From Squalus acanthias (taxonomy: Eukaryota), in contig CM059431.1 in assembly GCA_030390025.1 (NCBI GenBank), positions 121,460,001-121,524,000 on the forward strand: a stretch of DNA of 64,000 nt. The letters run 5' to 3'. Numbering within the stretch: the first letter of the stretch is position 1; every line of letters starts with the position of its first letter. A program made the position numbers and the translations under genes. The notes below the pieces were generated by a model. It worked only from the letters and a program-made list of their open reading frames with translations, did not search any database and was not told the DNA's origin. This document shows, one piece after another, positions 1 to 12,151 of the stretch.

Positions 1-365
1 ACCAAAGGCATAATGGCAAATTGCATAATCAGCAGTTCACCAATGCATAAAGCACGTGACAAATACATTGTTGGGGGGAAGGGAATTAAAGATGGTCATG
101 AGTGAGCTGTTAAGCAGATTGACAGCAGTTGAGGTATTGGGGTGAATGGATAACTGATCTATGTCATTCTTCAACTCTTTCAATTATCTATTTTTATTGC
201 ACTCCCTATTTTAGTGTCATAGAAAATTTAACTAGCTCACATTTGTTTACAGTATGAACCTCATTTGCATAGATTAGAAACAAAATGAATCTAAGCACTG
301 ACCCTTACAGGATTCCGCACCACACCAACCCCATTCTGGCATTCCACCTCTCACGAGGACTCTTT

Positions 366-1204
366 GGGCTGGATTTTGCCAATGGGGAGCTTTTGGAGGT
401 GGGACTCCCACTTGTCGGGTTTCAGTCCCGCCTCCATCAACTACTGGCCAACCCACGCTATTTTCCCTTGATTGACCTTGTTAAGCTCGCCCAGCGGGCT
501 TAGCAGGCCAATTAAGGGAAAGCTGGTTACAGAGAACGTCAACGTATGACGTTTCATCTGTGAAAAAGTATTGACAGATGAATTGTCATCGTTTGACAGC
601 TCTGTGAAGCTGTCAAACACTGACATTCTCTGTAGTTTGATGAGTTCTTGAATTCAAGACCTCATCAAAGCTCTTTCTTTTGCAGAAATTAGATGGTTGT
701 TGCATTGGAGAATGCAGCAGCCATCTCTCATCTCTGCCGCGGAGGTGCGAGACTCTCCGCATACCCACCGATTGAAGACTGCAGGAAGAAACAAAGGTAA
801 GTAATCTTTTTTTAACACTTTCCACTTACCTCAGATACTCACCTCTCCACACTTGCACCCATCACTTACCTCCACAGTACACTTTTGCACCCCCCCCCCC
901 GACCCCCGCAGACCCACTACTCACCTCGGTGACCCTGGCGGGTTCCGGAGCCTTCGGGAAGCCCGCACTTGTGTGGGCAAAATGGGGATAATCCTCTTAT
1001 CTGCCTGTTAACTACCTGTTAACAGGCAGTTAAGTGGCTTTAATCCCTTCCCGCCTCCAAGGAGACGGGACCCGGCGCGGGATGGCTACCCGCCTCCTGG
1101 CAAGATAGCACGGAGGCGGGTTGGGCACCCAACCCCAGATTCTGCCATTTTGCCAACTGTCCCACCTACAAACCCGCCTCCCCAGGGCTGGCAAAATCCA
1201 GCCC
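366..1204 (+). mobile_element. Harbinger-type MITE family A (~840 bp), copy 1, complete
   Basis: Perfect 16-bp TIR GGGCTGGATTTTGCCA...TGGCAAAATCCAGCCC, 3-bp TSD TTT; four further copies in the window. Confidence 0.85.
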
Positions 1205-1538
1205 TTTGTTTTCTATTTTTAAATCAACTCTTTATCCAGTCCAATGTTGTGGATTTCTGTGAATTTTAATGAGAAGTTTTCACGTGGGAATTTGTTAAAA
1301 GACCTCTGAAAGTTCAAATATAGCACATCACAGAAAGTTCCACTCTCTACTTTATCTATAATGTCCTCAAAGAAATCAAATAAATGTTACAGGCAGCATT
1401 TTACCCTTTTAAATCCATGCCTACTGTTTCTTATTTAATTAGTACTACATTGGTATTGTTAGAATAGTTTACATTATTTTATCTGTTGTTGCTATCCGGC
1501 TACTGGGCATGTATAGTTACTTGGGTCATAGAATCATT

Positions 1539-2273
1539 GGCCCGGAATATTTGCGGTCGGGATGAAGGCCTTTGAAACTGACCGCAAATTCGGGATTTGG
1601 TGCATGCGGAAATCCCGAAGTTGTGTTCTGTCAATGACAGCGCCAAAACTGGCTGCGCTCCACCCACCCCCACTCCCCGCACCCCACACTCCCCGCACCC
1701 CACAGAACCGGCAATCAGTGAAATCTCGTAAATCATTGAAACTGACAAAAACTTCGGCTCTTCCGCAGTAATCATGGTGTTAAATTCCCCACTAAAAGTT
1801 AGACCCAAAGGGATTAGGTGTAACTGGGGTTTTAACAGCGTATTGACTGCTACATAAATGTTAAGGCCTGGAAAACTAATTTTAATTTTGTGCAGTGTGA
1901 AATTTGTCCATTTTAATAAAAATTATGTTTTTTAAGTTTGTCCATCTTTATTTCAGGTTTGCCTTTTCCCCATGCGAGAGCCCCAATCTTTCTTTTGCTC
2001 TCTCTAACTATTTTTAAAAGTTACAATTATAAGAGCTTACTCACTTCCTTGTTCACAGTCTGTGAGAATTCTGACTTTTGATTGGCTGCTTAGGCAGCCT
2101 GTTGCTGTCACAGCAGTTCAAACAAGGGGATCCCCACTGCAGTCCATTGAATTGAATTGAAGATCAGAAAACCCAAACCTCTCGACGCAGGGATTGCGAG
2201 ATCCTTGTGCGGAGCGTACTTCAGGGCCAGCAGCGAATGCCTTTGCTTCGCTGCTGACTGCAAATTCCAGGCC
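1539..2273. mobile_element. Harbinger-type MITE (735 bp) inserted in a short minus-strand CR1 tail
   Basis: TIR GGCCCGGAATATTTGCGGTC / GACTGCAAATTCCAGGCC, TSD ATT; flanks rejoin as catagaatcatt-gaatcttatagcacagaa (CR1 3' tail). Confidence 0.75.
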
Positions 2274-2484
2274 ATTGAATCTTATAGCACAGAAAAAGGT
2301 CATTTGGCTCAACGCGGCTGTGCCGGGTCATATTTGCCCTTTTTATGAATTAACTCTGGATTAGCTCGCTGCAGTCTTGCAGAACCTCATCAGGGCCCTT
2401 TGATTCCTGCATAATAATTGCCAGTTCCCCAATAAATTTTAACTCTAGGGAACATGCCATCTAGCCCAGGAGAATGTGCTTATG

Positions 2485-2615
2485 ACAATTGTAAGGTTCA
2501 TAATACAGTAGAGAACCAAACTGAATATAGAAAGTACAGAGGAGATCTAAAAAGGGGAATAAGAGAGGCAAAGAGAGAATATGAGAATAGACTAGCGGCT
2601 AACATAAAAGGGAAC
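2485..2615 (+). mobile_element. CR1 ORF2 fragment
   Basis: Translates as EYRKYRGDLKRGIREAKREYENRLAANIKGN, matching the ORF2 linker of the intact copy (AYESKLAENIKTN). Confidence 0.75.
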
Positions 2616-5240
2616 CACCTTCAACGTTTTGTGCACATATACCCCTAGGTCTCTCTGTTCATGCACCCCCTTTAGGATTGTACCCTTTAGTTTATATTTC
2701 CTCTCCTCATTCTTTCTATCAGAATGTATCACTTCGCACTTTTCTGCATTTAATTTCATCTGCCATCTGTCCGCCGATTACACCAGCCTGTCTATATCCT
2801 CTTGAAGTCTTTTACTATCCTCCTCACTGTTCACTATACTTCCAAATTTTGTGTCATCTACAAATTTTGAAATTGTGCCCTGTACACCCACATCCAAGTC
2901 ATTAATATATATCAAGAAAAGCAATGGTTCTAGTACTGACCCCTGGGGAACACTACTGTATACCTTCCTCCAGTCCGAAAAACAACCGTTCACCACTACT
3001 CTCTGTTTCCTGTCACTTAGCCAATTTTGTATCCATGCTACCTCTGTCCCTTTTATTCCATGGGCTTCAACTTTGCTGGCAAGCCTATTATCTGACACTT
3101 TGTCAAACGCCTTTTGGAAATCCATGTACACCACATCAACCGCATTCCCCTCATCAACCCTCTCTGTTACCTCAATCAAAAACTCGATCAAGTTGGTTAA
3201 ACATGATTTGCCTTTAACAAATAGAAACATAGAAACATAGAATCTAGGAGCAGGAGTAGGCTATTCAGCCCGTCGAGCCTGCTCCACCATTCAATACGAT
3301 CATGGCTGATCATTCAAATCCAGTACCCTGTCCCTGCTTTAATCCCCACAGTACACATATCCCACCCTACCCCCGTAACCCCACATATTTAATTCCCCCT
3401 AACATATCCCTTCCTATCCCCATAACCCCACATATTTAATCCCCCCCTAACACTAAGGGTCAATTTATCATAGCCAAATCAACCTAACCCGCACATTTTT
3501 GGACTTTTCGTAATTAATCTACACTTGTCCAAGTGACTGTTAATTTTGTCCCTGATTATTGTTTCTAAAAGCTTCCCCACTACCAAAGTTAAACTGACTG
3601 GTCTGTAGTTGCTGGGTTTATCTTTTAACCTTTTTTGAACAAGGGTGTAACATTTGCAATTCTCCAGTTCTCTGGCACCACCCCCATTTCTGGATTATGG
3701 CCGTACCTCCGCAATTTCTTCCTTCACTTCCCTCAGCATCCTAGGATGCATCCCGTCTGGTCCTGGTGAGTTATCTACTTTAAGTACAGCCAGCCTTTCT
3801 AGTACCCTCTTTATCAATTTTTATCCCATCCAGTATCTCCTCTACCTCCTCCTTCACTATGTCTGTGGCAGCATCTTCTTCCTTGGTGAAGACAGATGCA
3901 AAGTATCATTTAGCACCTCAGCCATACCCTCTGCCTCCATGCGTAGGTCTCCTTTTTGGTCCCTAATCGGCCGCACCCCTCCTCTTACTATCCGTTTACT
4001 ATTTATATGCCTATAGAAGACTTTTGGATTACCTTTTATGTTAGCTGCCATTCTATTCTCAAACCCTCTCTTTTCCCCTCTTATTTTCTTTTTCACTTAT
4101 TCTCTGAACTTTCTATATTTAGCCTGATTCTCAGATGTATTCTCAACCTGACATCTGTCATACATGGTCTTTTTCTGCTTCATCTTACTCTCTATCTCTT
4201 TTGTCATCCAGGGAGCTCTGACTTTAGTTGCTCTAGCTTTCCCCCCTGGTGGGAATGTACCTCGACTGTACCCGAACTATTTCCTCTTTAAAGGCAGCCC
4301 ATTATTCCATTACAGTTTTGCCTGCCAATCTTTGATTCCAAGTTACCTGGGCCAGATCCGTTCTCATCCCACTGAAATTTGCCTTCCTCCAATTAAGTAT
4401 TTTTACTCTAGATTGCTCCCTGTCCTTTTTCATAGCTGATCTAAACCTAATGATACGATGATCACTGTCCCCTAAATGTTCACACACTGACACTTGCTCG
4501 ACTTGACCTACCTCATTCCCCAGAACCAGATCCAGCAATGCCTCCTTCTTCGTTGGGCCAGAAACATACTGATCAAGAAAGTTCTCCTGAACACACTTCA
4601 GAAATTCTTCCCCCTCTCTGCCCTTTACACTATTACTATCCCAGTCTATATTAGGACAGTTGAAGTCCCCCATTATCACTACTCTATAGCTCTTGCATCT
4701 CTCTGTAATTTCTCTGTGAATTTGCTCCTCCATATTTTTCCCACTACTTGGTGGCCTATATAGAATACACCTAGTAGTGTAATGGCACCTCTATTATTTC
4801 TTAACTCTAGCCATATAGATTCTGTCCTTGACTCCTTCAGACATTCTCTCCCTCCAGCACTGTAACATTCTCCTTAACCAATACTGCCACACCATCTCCT
4901 ATCTTTCCTTCCCTATCTTTCCTGAACACAATATATCCCAGAATATTTAATACCCAATCCTGCCCTTTTTTGAGCCTGGTCTCCATTATTGCCACGTCAT
5001 CATATTCCCATGTGGCTATTTGCGCCTGCAGCTCACCAACCTTGTTTACTATGCTTTGTGCGTTCACATACATACACTGTAAACCTATCTTAGAACATCC
5101 TGTGTTCTCTCTTAGTCTGACCCCACCTAATACCTGACTATTTCTTACTTCAGTGCTATCCATCTCTCCCAATCCTTTGTGCCTTTTGTTTCTCCTTTTT
5201 AAAGCTACATCCTGGTACCCATTCCCTTGCTAACTTAGTA
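2616..5240 (-). mobile_element. Degraded CR1 LINE ORF2 (endonuclease to RT), interrupted by a SINE at 3222-3505
   Basis: Fragmented ORFs with CMYVNAQSI, GDFN, SDH (APE endonuclease), KSCLTNL, YMDFQKAFDKV, VPQGSVL, KFVDD (RT). Confidence 0.9.
3222..3505 (-). mobile_element. 5'-truncated HE1/V-SINE-like SINE with CR1-derived tail
   Basis: Minus strand reads gtccaaaaatgtgcgggttaggttgatttggctatgataaattg (V-domain-like, recalled from memory), then a CR1 3' hairpin and (ctatgttt)n tail; splits the CR1 RT frame. Confidence 0.6.
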
Positions 5241-5249
5241 AGCGTTGAA

Positions 5250-6743
5250 AGCGCTGGCCGCAACCTTTCAATCCTCCTTGGATATGGGGTGGTGCCGGAG
5301 GGCTGGCAGTTTGTTAATGTTTCACCCCTGTTCAAAAAAGGGGAGAGGGATAAACCCGGCAACTACAGGTCAGTCAGCTTAACGTTGGTGGTGGGAAAAC
5401 TTTTAGAAGCAATAATTCGGTACAAAATTAAATGGCATTTGGAAAAGTATGGACTAATAAATGAAAGTCGCACGGATTTGTTAAAGGCAAATCGTGTTTG
5501 ACTAACTTGATTGAGTTCTTTCATGAAGTAACGGATAAGGTTGATGAGGGTAATTCGGTTGATGTTGTGTATATGGACTTTCAAAAGGCATTTGACATTG
5601 TACGACATAATAGACTTGCTAGCAAAATTAAAGCCCATGGGATTACATGGACAGTGGCAGCCTGGATACATAATTGGCTAAGGGACAGAAAGCAGAGAGT
5701 ACTGGTGAAAGGTTGTTTTTCAGACTGGAGGGAAGAATACAGTGGTGCTTCCCAGGGTTCGGTATTAGGACCACTGCTCTTTTTGATATATATTAATGAC
5801 CTGGACTTGGGTATACAGGACATGATTTCAAAGTTTGCAGATGATACGAAACTCAGAAATGTAGTCAACAATGAGACAGATATTAAAAGACTTCAGGAGG
5901 ACATAGACAGACGGGTAAAATGGGCAAACATGTGGCAGATGAAATTTAATGCAGAGAAATGTGAAGTGATACATTTTGGTAGGTGGAATGAGGAGGGGAA
6001 ATAAGAAATAAATGGAACAATTTTAAAGGGGGTGCAGGAACAGAGAGACCAGGGGGTGTATGTACACAAATCTTTGAAAGTGGCAGAACAAGTTGAGAAG
6101 GCTGTTAAAAAAGCATATGGGATCCTTGGCTTTATTAATAGAGGAATAGAGTACAAAAGCAAGGAAGTTATGTTAAACCTTTATAACACACTGGTTTGGC
6201 TCCAGCTAGAGTATTGTGTTCAATTCTGGGAACCACACTTTAGGAAGGATGTCAAGGCCTTGGAGAGAGTGCAGAAGAAATTTACTAGAATGGTACCAGG
6301 GATGAGGGACTTCAGTTATGTGGAGAGACTGGAGAAGCTGGGGCTGTTCTCCTTAGAGCAGAGAAGGTTAACAGGAGATTTGAAAGAGGTGTTTAAAATC
6401 ATGAATGGTTTTGATAGAGGATAAATTGTTTCCAGTGGCAGAAGGGTCAGTAACCAGAGGACACAGATTTAAGGTGATTGGCAAAACAACCAAAGGCAAC
6501 ATGAACAAACATTTTTTTATGCAGCAAGTTGTTGTGATCTGGAATGCACTGCCTGAAAGGGTGGTGGAAGCAGATTCAATAGTAACATTCAAAAGAGAAT
6601 TGGATAAATACTTGAATGGAAAAACAATAGAGGGCTAAGGAGTAAGAGCAGAGGAGTGGGACTAATTGGATAGCTCTACCAAAGAGCTGGCACTGGCATG
6701 AAGGGCTGAATGGCCTCCTTCTGTGCTGTATCTTTCTATGATT
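5250..6743 (+). mobile_element. 5'-truncated CR1 LINE (RT plus 3' UTR), with frameshifts and stops
   Basis: ORFs 5289, 5498, 6032, 6405 give PLFKKG, NYRSVSLT, FQKAFD, QGSVLGP, FADD, LEYCVQFW, TRGH; CR1 3' end ggctgaatggcctccttctgtgctgtatctttctatgatt. Confidence 0.92.
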
Positions 6744-6971
6744 GTTACTCTAAAGGCTATTCAATTTATCAAGTAGCTTGTAAAAACACTGTGATCAGTA
6801 AACCAATAAGCCTTGTAAGTAATATTAATCAAATGGCATCAGAGGAATGCTTAATGCCTTCACCTTAATTCCTCATCAACGAACCAGCTGGTGACTTACT
6901 GTCCATAATGTTTATTAAATGCTGCAATTTAGGTTTCTTAAACCAGCTTACATTAACCAATCCAAAGTATA

Positions 6972-7601
6972 GGGGGTGATTTTGCCAATGGGGAGCTTTT
7001 GGAGGCGGGACTCCCACTTGTCGGGTTTCAGTCCCGCCTCCAACAACTTCTGGCTAACTCACGCTATTTTCTCTTGATTGACCTTGTTAAGCCCGCCCAG
7101 CGGGCTTAGCAGGCCAATTAAGGGAAAGCTGGTTGCAGAGCACGTCAACGTATGACGTTTCATCTGTCAAAAATTTTTGACAGATGAATTGTCATCGTTT
7201 GACAGCTCTGTGAAGTTGTCAAGCACTGACATTCTCTGCAGTTTGATGAGGTCTTCAATACAAGACCTCATCAAACTTCTTTCTTTTACAGAAATGAGAT
7301 GGTTGTTGCATCTGAGAATGCAACGGCCATCTGTCATTCCCAACGCGGACGTCCGAGACTCTCCGCATACACACCGACTGAAGCCTGCAGGAAGCAACAA
7401 AGGTAAGTACACTTTTAATAACACTTTGCACTTACCTCAGATACTCACCTCTCCACACTTGCACCCATCACTCACCTTCACAGCGCACTTTTGCGCCCCC
7501 CCTCCTGACCCCCGCAGACCCCCTACTCGCCTCGCTGAGCCTGGCGGGTTTCGGAGCCTTCGGGAAGCCCGCACTTGTGAGGGCAAAAAGGGGATAATCC
7601 T
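6972..7601 (+). mobile_element. MITE family A copy 2, right end lost at the junction with an LTR
   Basis: Colinear with 366-~995; ends at gggataatcct. Confidence 0.85.
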
Positions 7602-7604
7602 AAA

Positions 7605-8228
7605 ATAAGAGAGCGATGGACATTTGTTGTCTATAGTTATAGTGCTGTGTTCCCTTATCTCCCGCTCAAATCTTATTGTTTGTCCTTTGTGCAATATTGG
7701 CGCTCAAAACTACCAGCATGGGGTGATTCTTGTCCTTAACGGGTTTCGGTAGCACCTGAGACTGGCCAACTACCCGTTAATGTTTTCCCCATTGTTGAAC
7801 CGGCTCGGAGCCTCCCTGGCTGGGTTTTGGGGGCCCCCGAATACTTGTTTAATCACCCGAGAATGGCTCTCTCATTGTAGAGCCGTGGGGGTATTTGCGT
7901 ATTGATGTGTCTGGATGGGCCTTCGATTGCCCAGTACAATGGTCCTTACTTGTGCATGGAAAACGATTCCAGCACTCATATCTTTTGCTATTGTCACAAA
8001 TGCAAACAGGTTGCATCCTGTCTTTATCAGTGCTTATCGAAAATGTTTATTCGAACGCCATCTTGTCTGCCCACTGCACTTCTGGAAACTTCCGCCACGA
8101 TGCGCGGCGGCCATTTTACAGGCTTCTGTGTCCTGTTTAATCATGACAGCATTTTGTTTAAATAAACTGATCAAACGAATCTGCTTCCATCTCGTTATTT
8201 CGAATCGCGATAATTGCGAAACTTTACA
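7605..8228 (-). mobile_element. LTR family 1 fragment (U3-side ~620 bp), ending exactly at the LTR terminus
   Basis: Matches ~10520-11177 and ~52570-53196 and ends in ctttaca as they do. Confidence 0.85.
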
Positions 8229-8627
8229 TATGGGAGGGTGGTTTTATTTAGGATAAAGTATAATGTGTTCCCCTTTTTACGATGTGCCGTGCGTTCTTCA
8301 TTACCATAGACCAAGCTTTATGAATGTATGTATACTTGTACTCTCGTTAATTTGCGCCTGTGACATGTACTTCATGATCTTGGACGCTATGCAATAAAGA
8401 TTTCCATTTTGTACTATTCAACCGGGTCTACTTGAGTTTTTCTCTGCATTACTGCTCTCGCACCTAAGTCCAGTGTTAGAACCGTAAGGGCGAGTGGGTC
8501 GAACCACTCACAGGTGCTTATTGCAACAAGGCTGGCCGGAGACCAGAGCAAGCAATAGTATTAGGCAACGAAGGCCTAACCCCGCACCAGCACCGTCTGC
8601 GATACAAGCACGACACAACCCCTTACA
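8229..8627 (+). mobile_element. LTR family 1 fragment (R/U5-side ~400 bp) in the opposite orientation
   Basis: Reverse complement of 9461-~9860; contains AATAAA near 8393 and ends ccccttaca. Confidence 0.85.
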
Positions 8628-9460
8628 TCATCATTACCCACGTCAAAGTTTTCAGTGTCAGTGGAAGGTCCTTTAACTTAAATATCAATGGCAGGCATCA
8701 ATGCTACTAGGGGTTGTTGAGACTGCTGGCATTTGTTGGCCACTTTGGAAGATGTGGCAGGGCACCCCCACAGCTCCATTTTAAGAATACCCTCCTTTAT
8801 AAGGGTGGCAAAAATCCTTGGGGTTCCACGTTTCATTCCAGGTAGAACTAGATTCCACCACCCAATTGTGGATGCATCCACTTGCTCTTCTTCCATAGGC
8901 TTGGGTGGAATTTTCAGCCCTTAAAATCTTAGCTGCCTACAAGTAGCACTTGTATACTATGTTTGACCTATGGTATTGCTAAAAGGGCTGACAATTTTTT
9001 GGGTCTAAAAATGTTTGCACCATTTAATTAAGCTTGAATCCTCTTCTGCCGTAGTTCAGTTCCAATTCTCTTAGTGGATTTCTCCACAATCATCGCCCAT
9101 TCCTTGTTCAGTAGACATCCCTTTGTTTTTGTGTTTTCTAGATTCGTATTTGTGTATAGTTATAGAAAGTCAAACTGCTGCCACAGACCCTCAGCCATTA
9201 GGAACAGATATCAGGAATATGGGTGCAGCTGAATTCCTGATTGGGTGATCCCACTATCTGACTCTTCCAACGGGAAGCAGCATTCACAGGAAGTGCATCT
9301 TGCCAAACTGCAGGCACGCAGCCTGCAAGGTTCCATCCATTCCTTTTATTGGACTAAAAATCAACAATTTCCCAAGATGTGCTCCCCATGCGCCCCACTC
9401 CTTACTGGGAGCATTGGTTCACAGAATCATTGCAGGGATGTGATCCTGATGGTCAAGGTT

Positions 9461-11177
9461 TGTAAGGGGTTTGCGGCGTGCTTGTGTCGCAGACGGTGCT
9501 GGTGCGAGGTTAGGCCTTCGTTGCCTAATACTATTGCTTGCTCTGGTCTCCGGCCAGCCTTGTTGCAATAAGCACCTGTGAGTGGTTCGACCCACTCGCC
9601 CTTACGGTTCTAACACTGGACTTAGGTGCGAGAGCAGTAATGCAGAGAAAAACTCAAATAGACCTGGTTGAATAGTACGAAATGGAAATCTTTATTGCAT
9701 AGCGTCCAAAATCATGAAGTACATGTCATAGGCGCAAATGAACGAGAGTACAAGTATACATACATTCATAAAGCTTGGTCTATGGTAATGAAGAACGCAC
9801 GGCACATCGTAAAAAGGGGAACACATTATACTTTATCCTTACTAAAACCACCCTCCCTTATCAATACCTACACTACATCTAGATTTGTAGGATCGGGAAA
9901 CATGCTCACCACTCGTGATACTTCGGAGAATTTTAAAGTGAGGCACTCGGCTCGTTTCGCTGCAGCGCCTGACTGTCACGTGTTTGGAGGGGTCTCTGTA
10001 CCCCACTTGTTTATCTTCGCTGCTGCGGCAAGCAGGCTGGGCTCCCCGTTGTCATGAAGAACTCGACAGCACTCGGGCCCGGCTGTAGAACTCAAAGAAA
10101 AGTCTTCCTGTACCGACACCAGTTGTCGGTAGAATTCAAAGAAGAGTCTTTGACCGGTTCGTGCAATAACCTGTAGAGTTCAAGAAATGGGTCTTATATT
10201 TTCGGGCGCGGTCGGGGTTTACTGACCGCAGCGGCACGTGGATTCTTCTTCTTCTCTTGTCATTTCGTCTTGTCTTGTTGGGCCTTCAGGTCAAAACACC
10301 GTTTTCCGACTCTCGGGATGGTGCACCCGGTGACTTGCCTTCGTCGAGGCGGCTCGTTCCGATTGAGCTCCACCCAACATTCGAATAACCAGTCCAGTGC
10401 GGCTAAAGTCCAGAGTCAACAGAGTCCAGATAAAACACAGAAGGCTGCTCGTCCAGCAGAGTGATACCCGAGGATCAGAATTGGAGAATAAAAGTTCAGC
10501 CCGAGTCAAGAGTCCGCAGAGATAAGAGACCGATGGACATTTGTTCACTATAGTTATAGTGCTGTGTTCCCTTATCTCCCGCCCAAATCTTAATGTTTGT
10601 CCTTTGTGAAATATTGGCGCTCAAAACTCCCAGCATGGGCCGATTCTTGTCTTTAACGGGTTTCGGTAGCACCTGAAACTGGCCAACTACCCGTTAATGT
10701 TTTCCCCATTGTTGACCCAGCCAGGATCGTATGAATCGTCTCCCTGACTGGTTTTGGGGTCCCCCGAATACTTGTTTAATCACCCGAGAATGGCTCTCTC
10801 ATTGTAGAGCCGTGGGAGTATTTGTGTATCGATGTGTCTGGATGGGCCTTCGATTGCCCAGTACAATGAACCTTACTTGTGCATGGAAAACAATTCCAGC
10901 ACTCATATCTTTTGCTATTGTCACAAATGCAAACAGGTTGCATCCTGTCTTTATCAGTGCTTATCGAGTATGATCCCGTCTTATATTGAAATGTTTATTC
11001 GAACGCCATCTTGTCTGCCCACTGTAATTCTGGAAGCTTCTGCCACGATGCGTGGCGGCCATTTTACAGGCTGCTGTGTCCTTTTTAATCATGACAGCAT
11101 TTTGTTTAAATAAACTGATCAAACGAATCTGCTTCTCTTTCGTTATTTTTGAATCGCGATAATTGCGAAACTTTACA
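9461..11177 (-). mobile_element. Solo LTR family 1 (1717 bp), ERV or Gypsy type
   Basis: TGTAAG...TTTACA ends, 4-bp TSD GGTT; minus-strand TATA-like at ~10197 and AATAAA at ~9693 give the orientation; second full copy at 51533. Confidence 0.85.
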
Positions 11178-11590
11178 GGTTCAACACTGGGACTGCAATT
11201 TCATCAAATTATCCCAAGTATTTTTTTATAACTGGAGAAGTTGAGTTACTGGATTAACTGCCACAACAACTGCTAAACTTTTCTCTGAACTAAACTCACT
11301 TCTCAAAGTAAATTTCTTTCTTTTTTCTCTACTCGTAGCAATCTGCTCCTCTGGCTGTGTTTCTTATATCGCAAGATCAAATAAGCTTCAGGCAATTTTA
11401 CCTGTCAATCTTTTCTTCAAGGTCTTTTCCAATCCACTTATTGAAAACCTATTAGGTTTTTCAGGATCAGTGAGACCAGTCAATCTGCTGATCAGTGGAG
11501 AGACGGATCCAGGGTGCATTGGAATGATGATGGCTGGAGGCAACCTATGTGAGGCTGCTGTCTCTCAGGACAGAAGCATGTGTCAAGCAT

Positions 11591-12029
11591 GAAAGAAAGA
11601 CTTGCATTTAAAAATGCCTTTCATGACATCCCAAAGCGCTTTACAGCCAATTGAAGTGTAGTCACTGTTGTAATGTCGGAAACACAGCAGCCAATTTGCG
11701 CACAGCATGGTCCCACAAACACTAATGTGATAATGACCAGATCATCTATTTTAGGTATTGGTTGAGGGATAATTGTTGTCCAGGACACCAGAGAGAACTC
11801 CGCTGCTCTTCTTCAAATGGTGCTGTGGTATCTTTCATGTCCACCTGAGAAGGCAGACGGGGCCTCGGTTAACATCTCAGCCAAAAGGTGGCACCTTGAC
11901 GTTGCAGCACTTCCTCAGTACTGCACTGGAGTGTCAGCCTAGAATTTGTGCCCAAATCTATGGAGTGGGACTTTGAACCCACAATCTTCTGACTCAGAGG
12001 CGAGAATGCTACCACTGAGCCACAGCTGA
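11591..12029 (-). mobile_element. tRNA-headed Deu-domain SINE (SacSINE1/AmnSINE-related) with L2-type tail
   Basis: Head tcagctgtggctcagtggtagc...gggttcaaagtccc (A/B boxes), Deu core gagatgttaaccgaggccccgtctgcc...aaagataccacagcacc, tail gtaaagcgctttgggatg...aaatgcaagtc. Confidence 0.8.
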
Positions 12030-12151
12030 AGTATGCAGCCTTCCCCCTCAGAACTCCATGAAGTGACACATATGAGCTGACACCAGGCCGCCCAAAGATG
12101 CAGAAAGCAGCAGATCCTCCGAGGAGCAAGCTGCCACGAGAGGAGGATCAC

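Noticed and set aside
2851..3240. Antisense ORFs over CR1 RT regions (also 5581, 41133, 42722, 43235)
   Set aside because: Shadow frames opposite LINE coding sequence
11960..12029. tRNA-like A/B boxes here and at 14110-14180, 18470-18550 and 21125-21194
   Set aside because: These are SINE heads continuing into SINE bodies, not cloverleaf tRNA genes; the 18470 and 36030 SINE-like relics are too degraded to name
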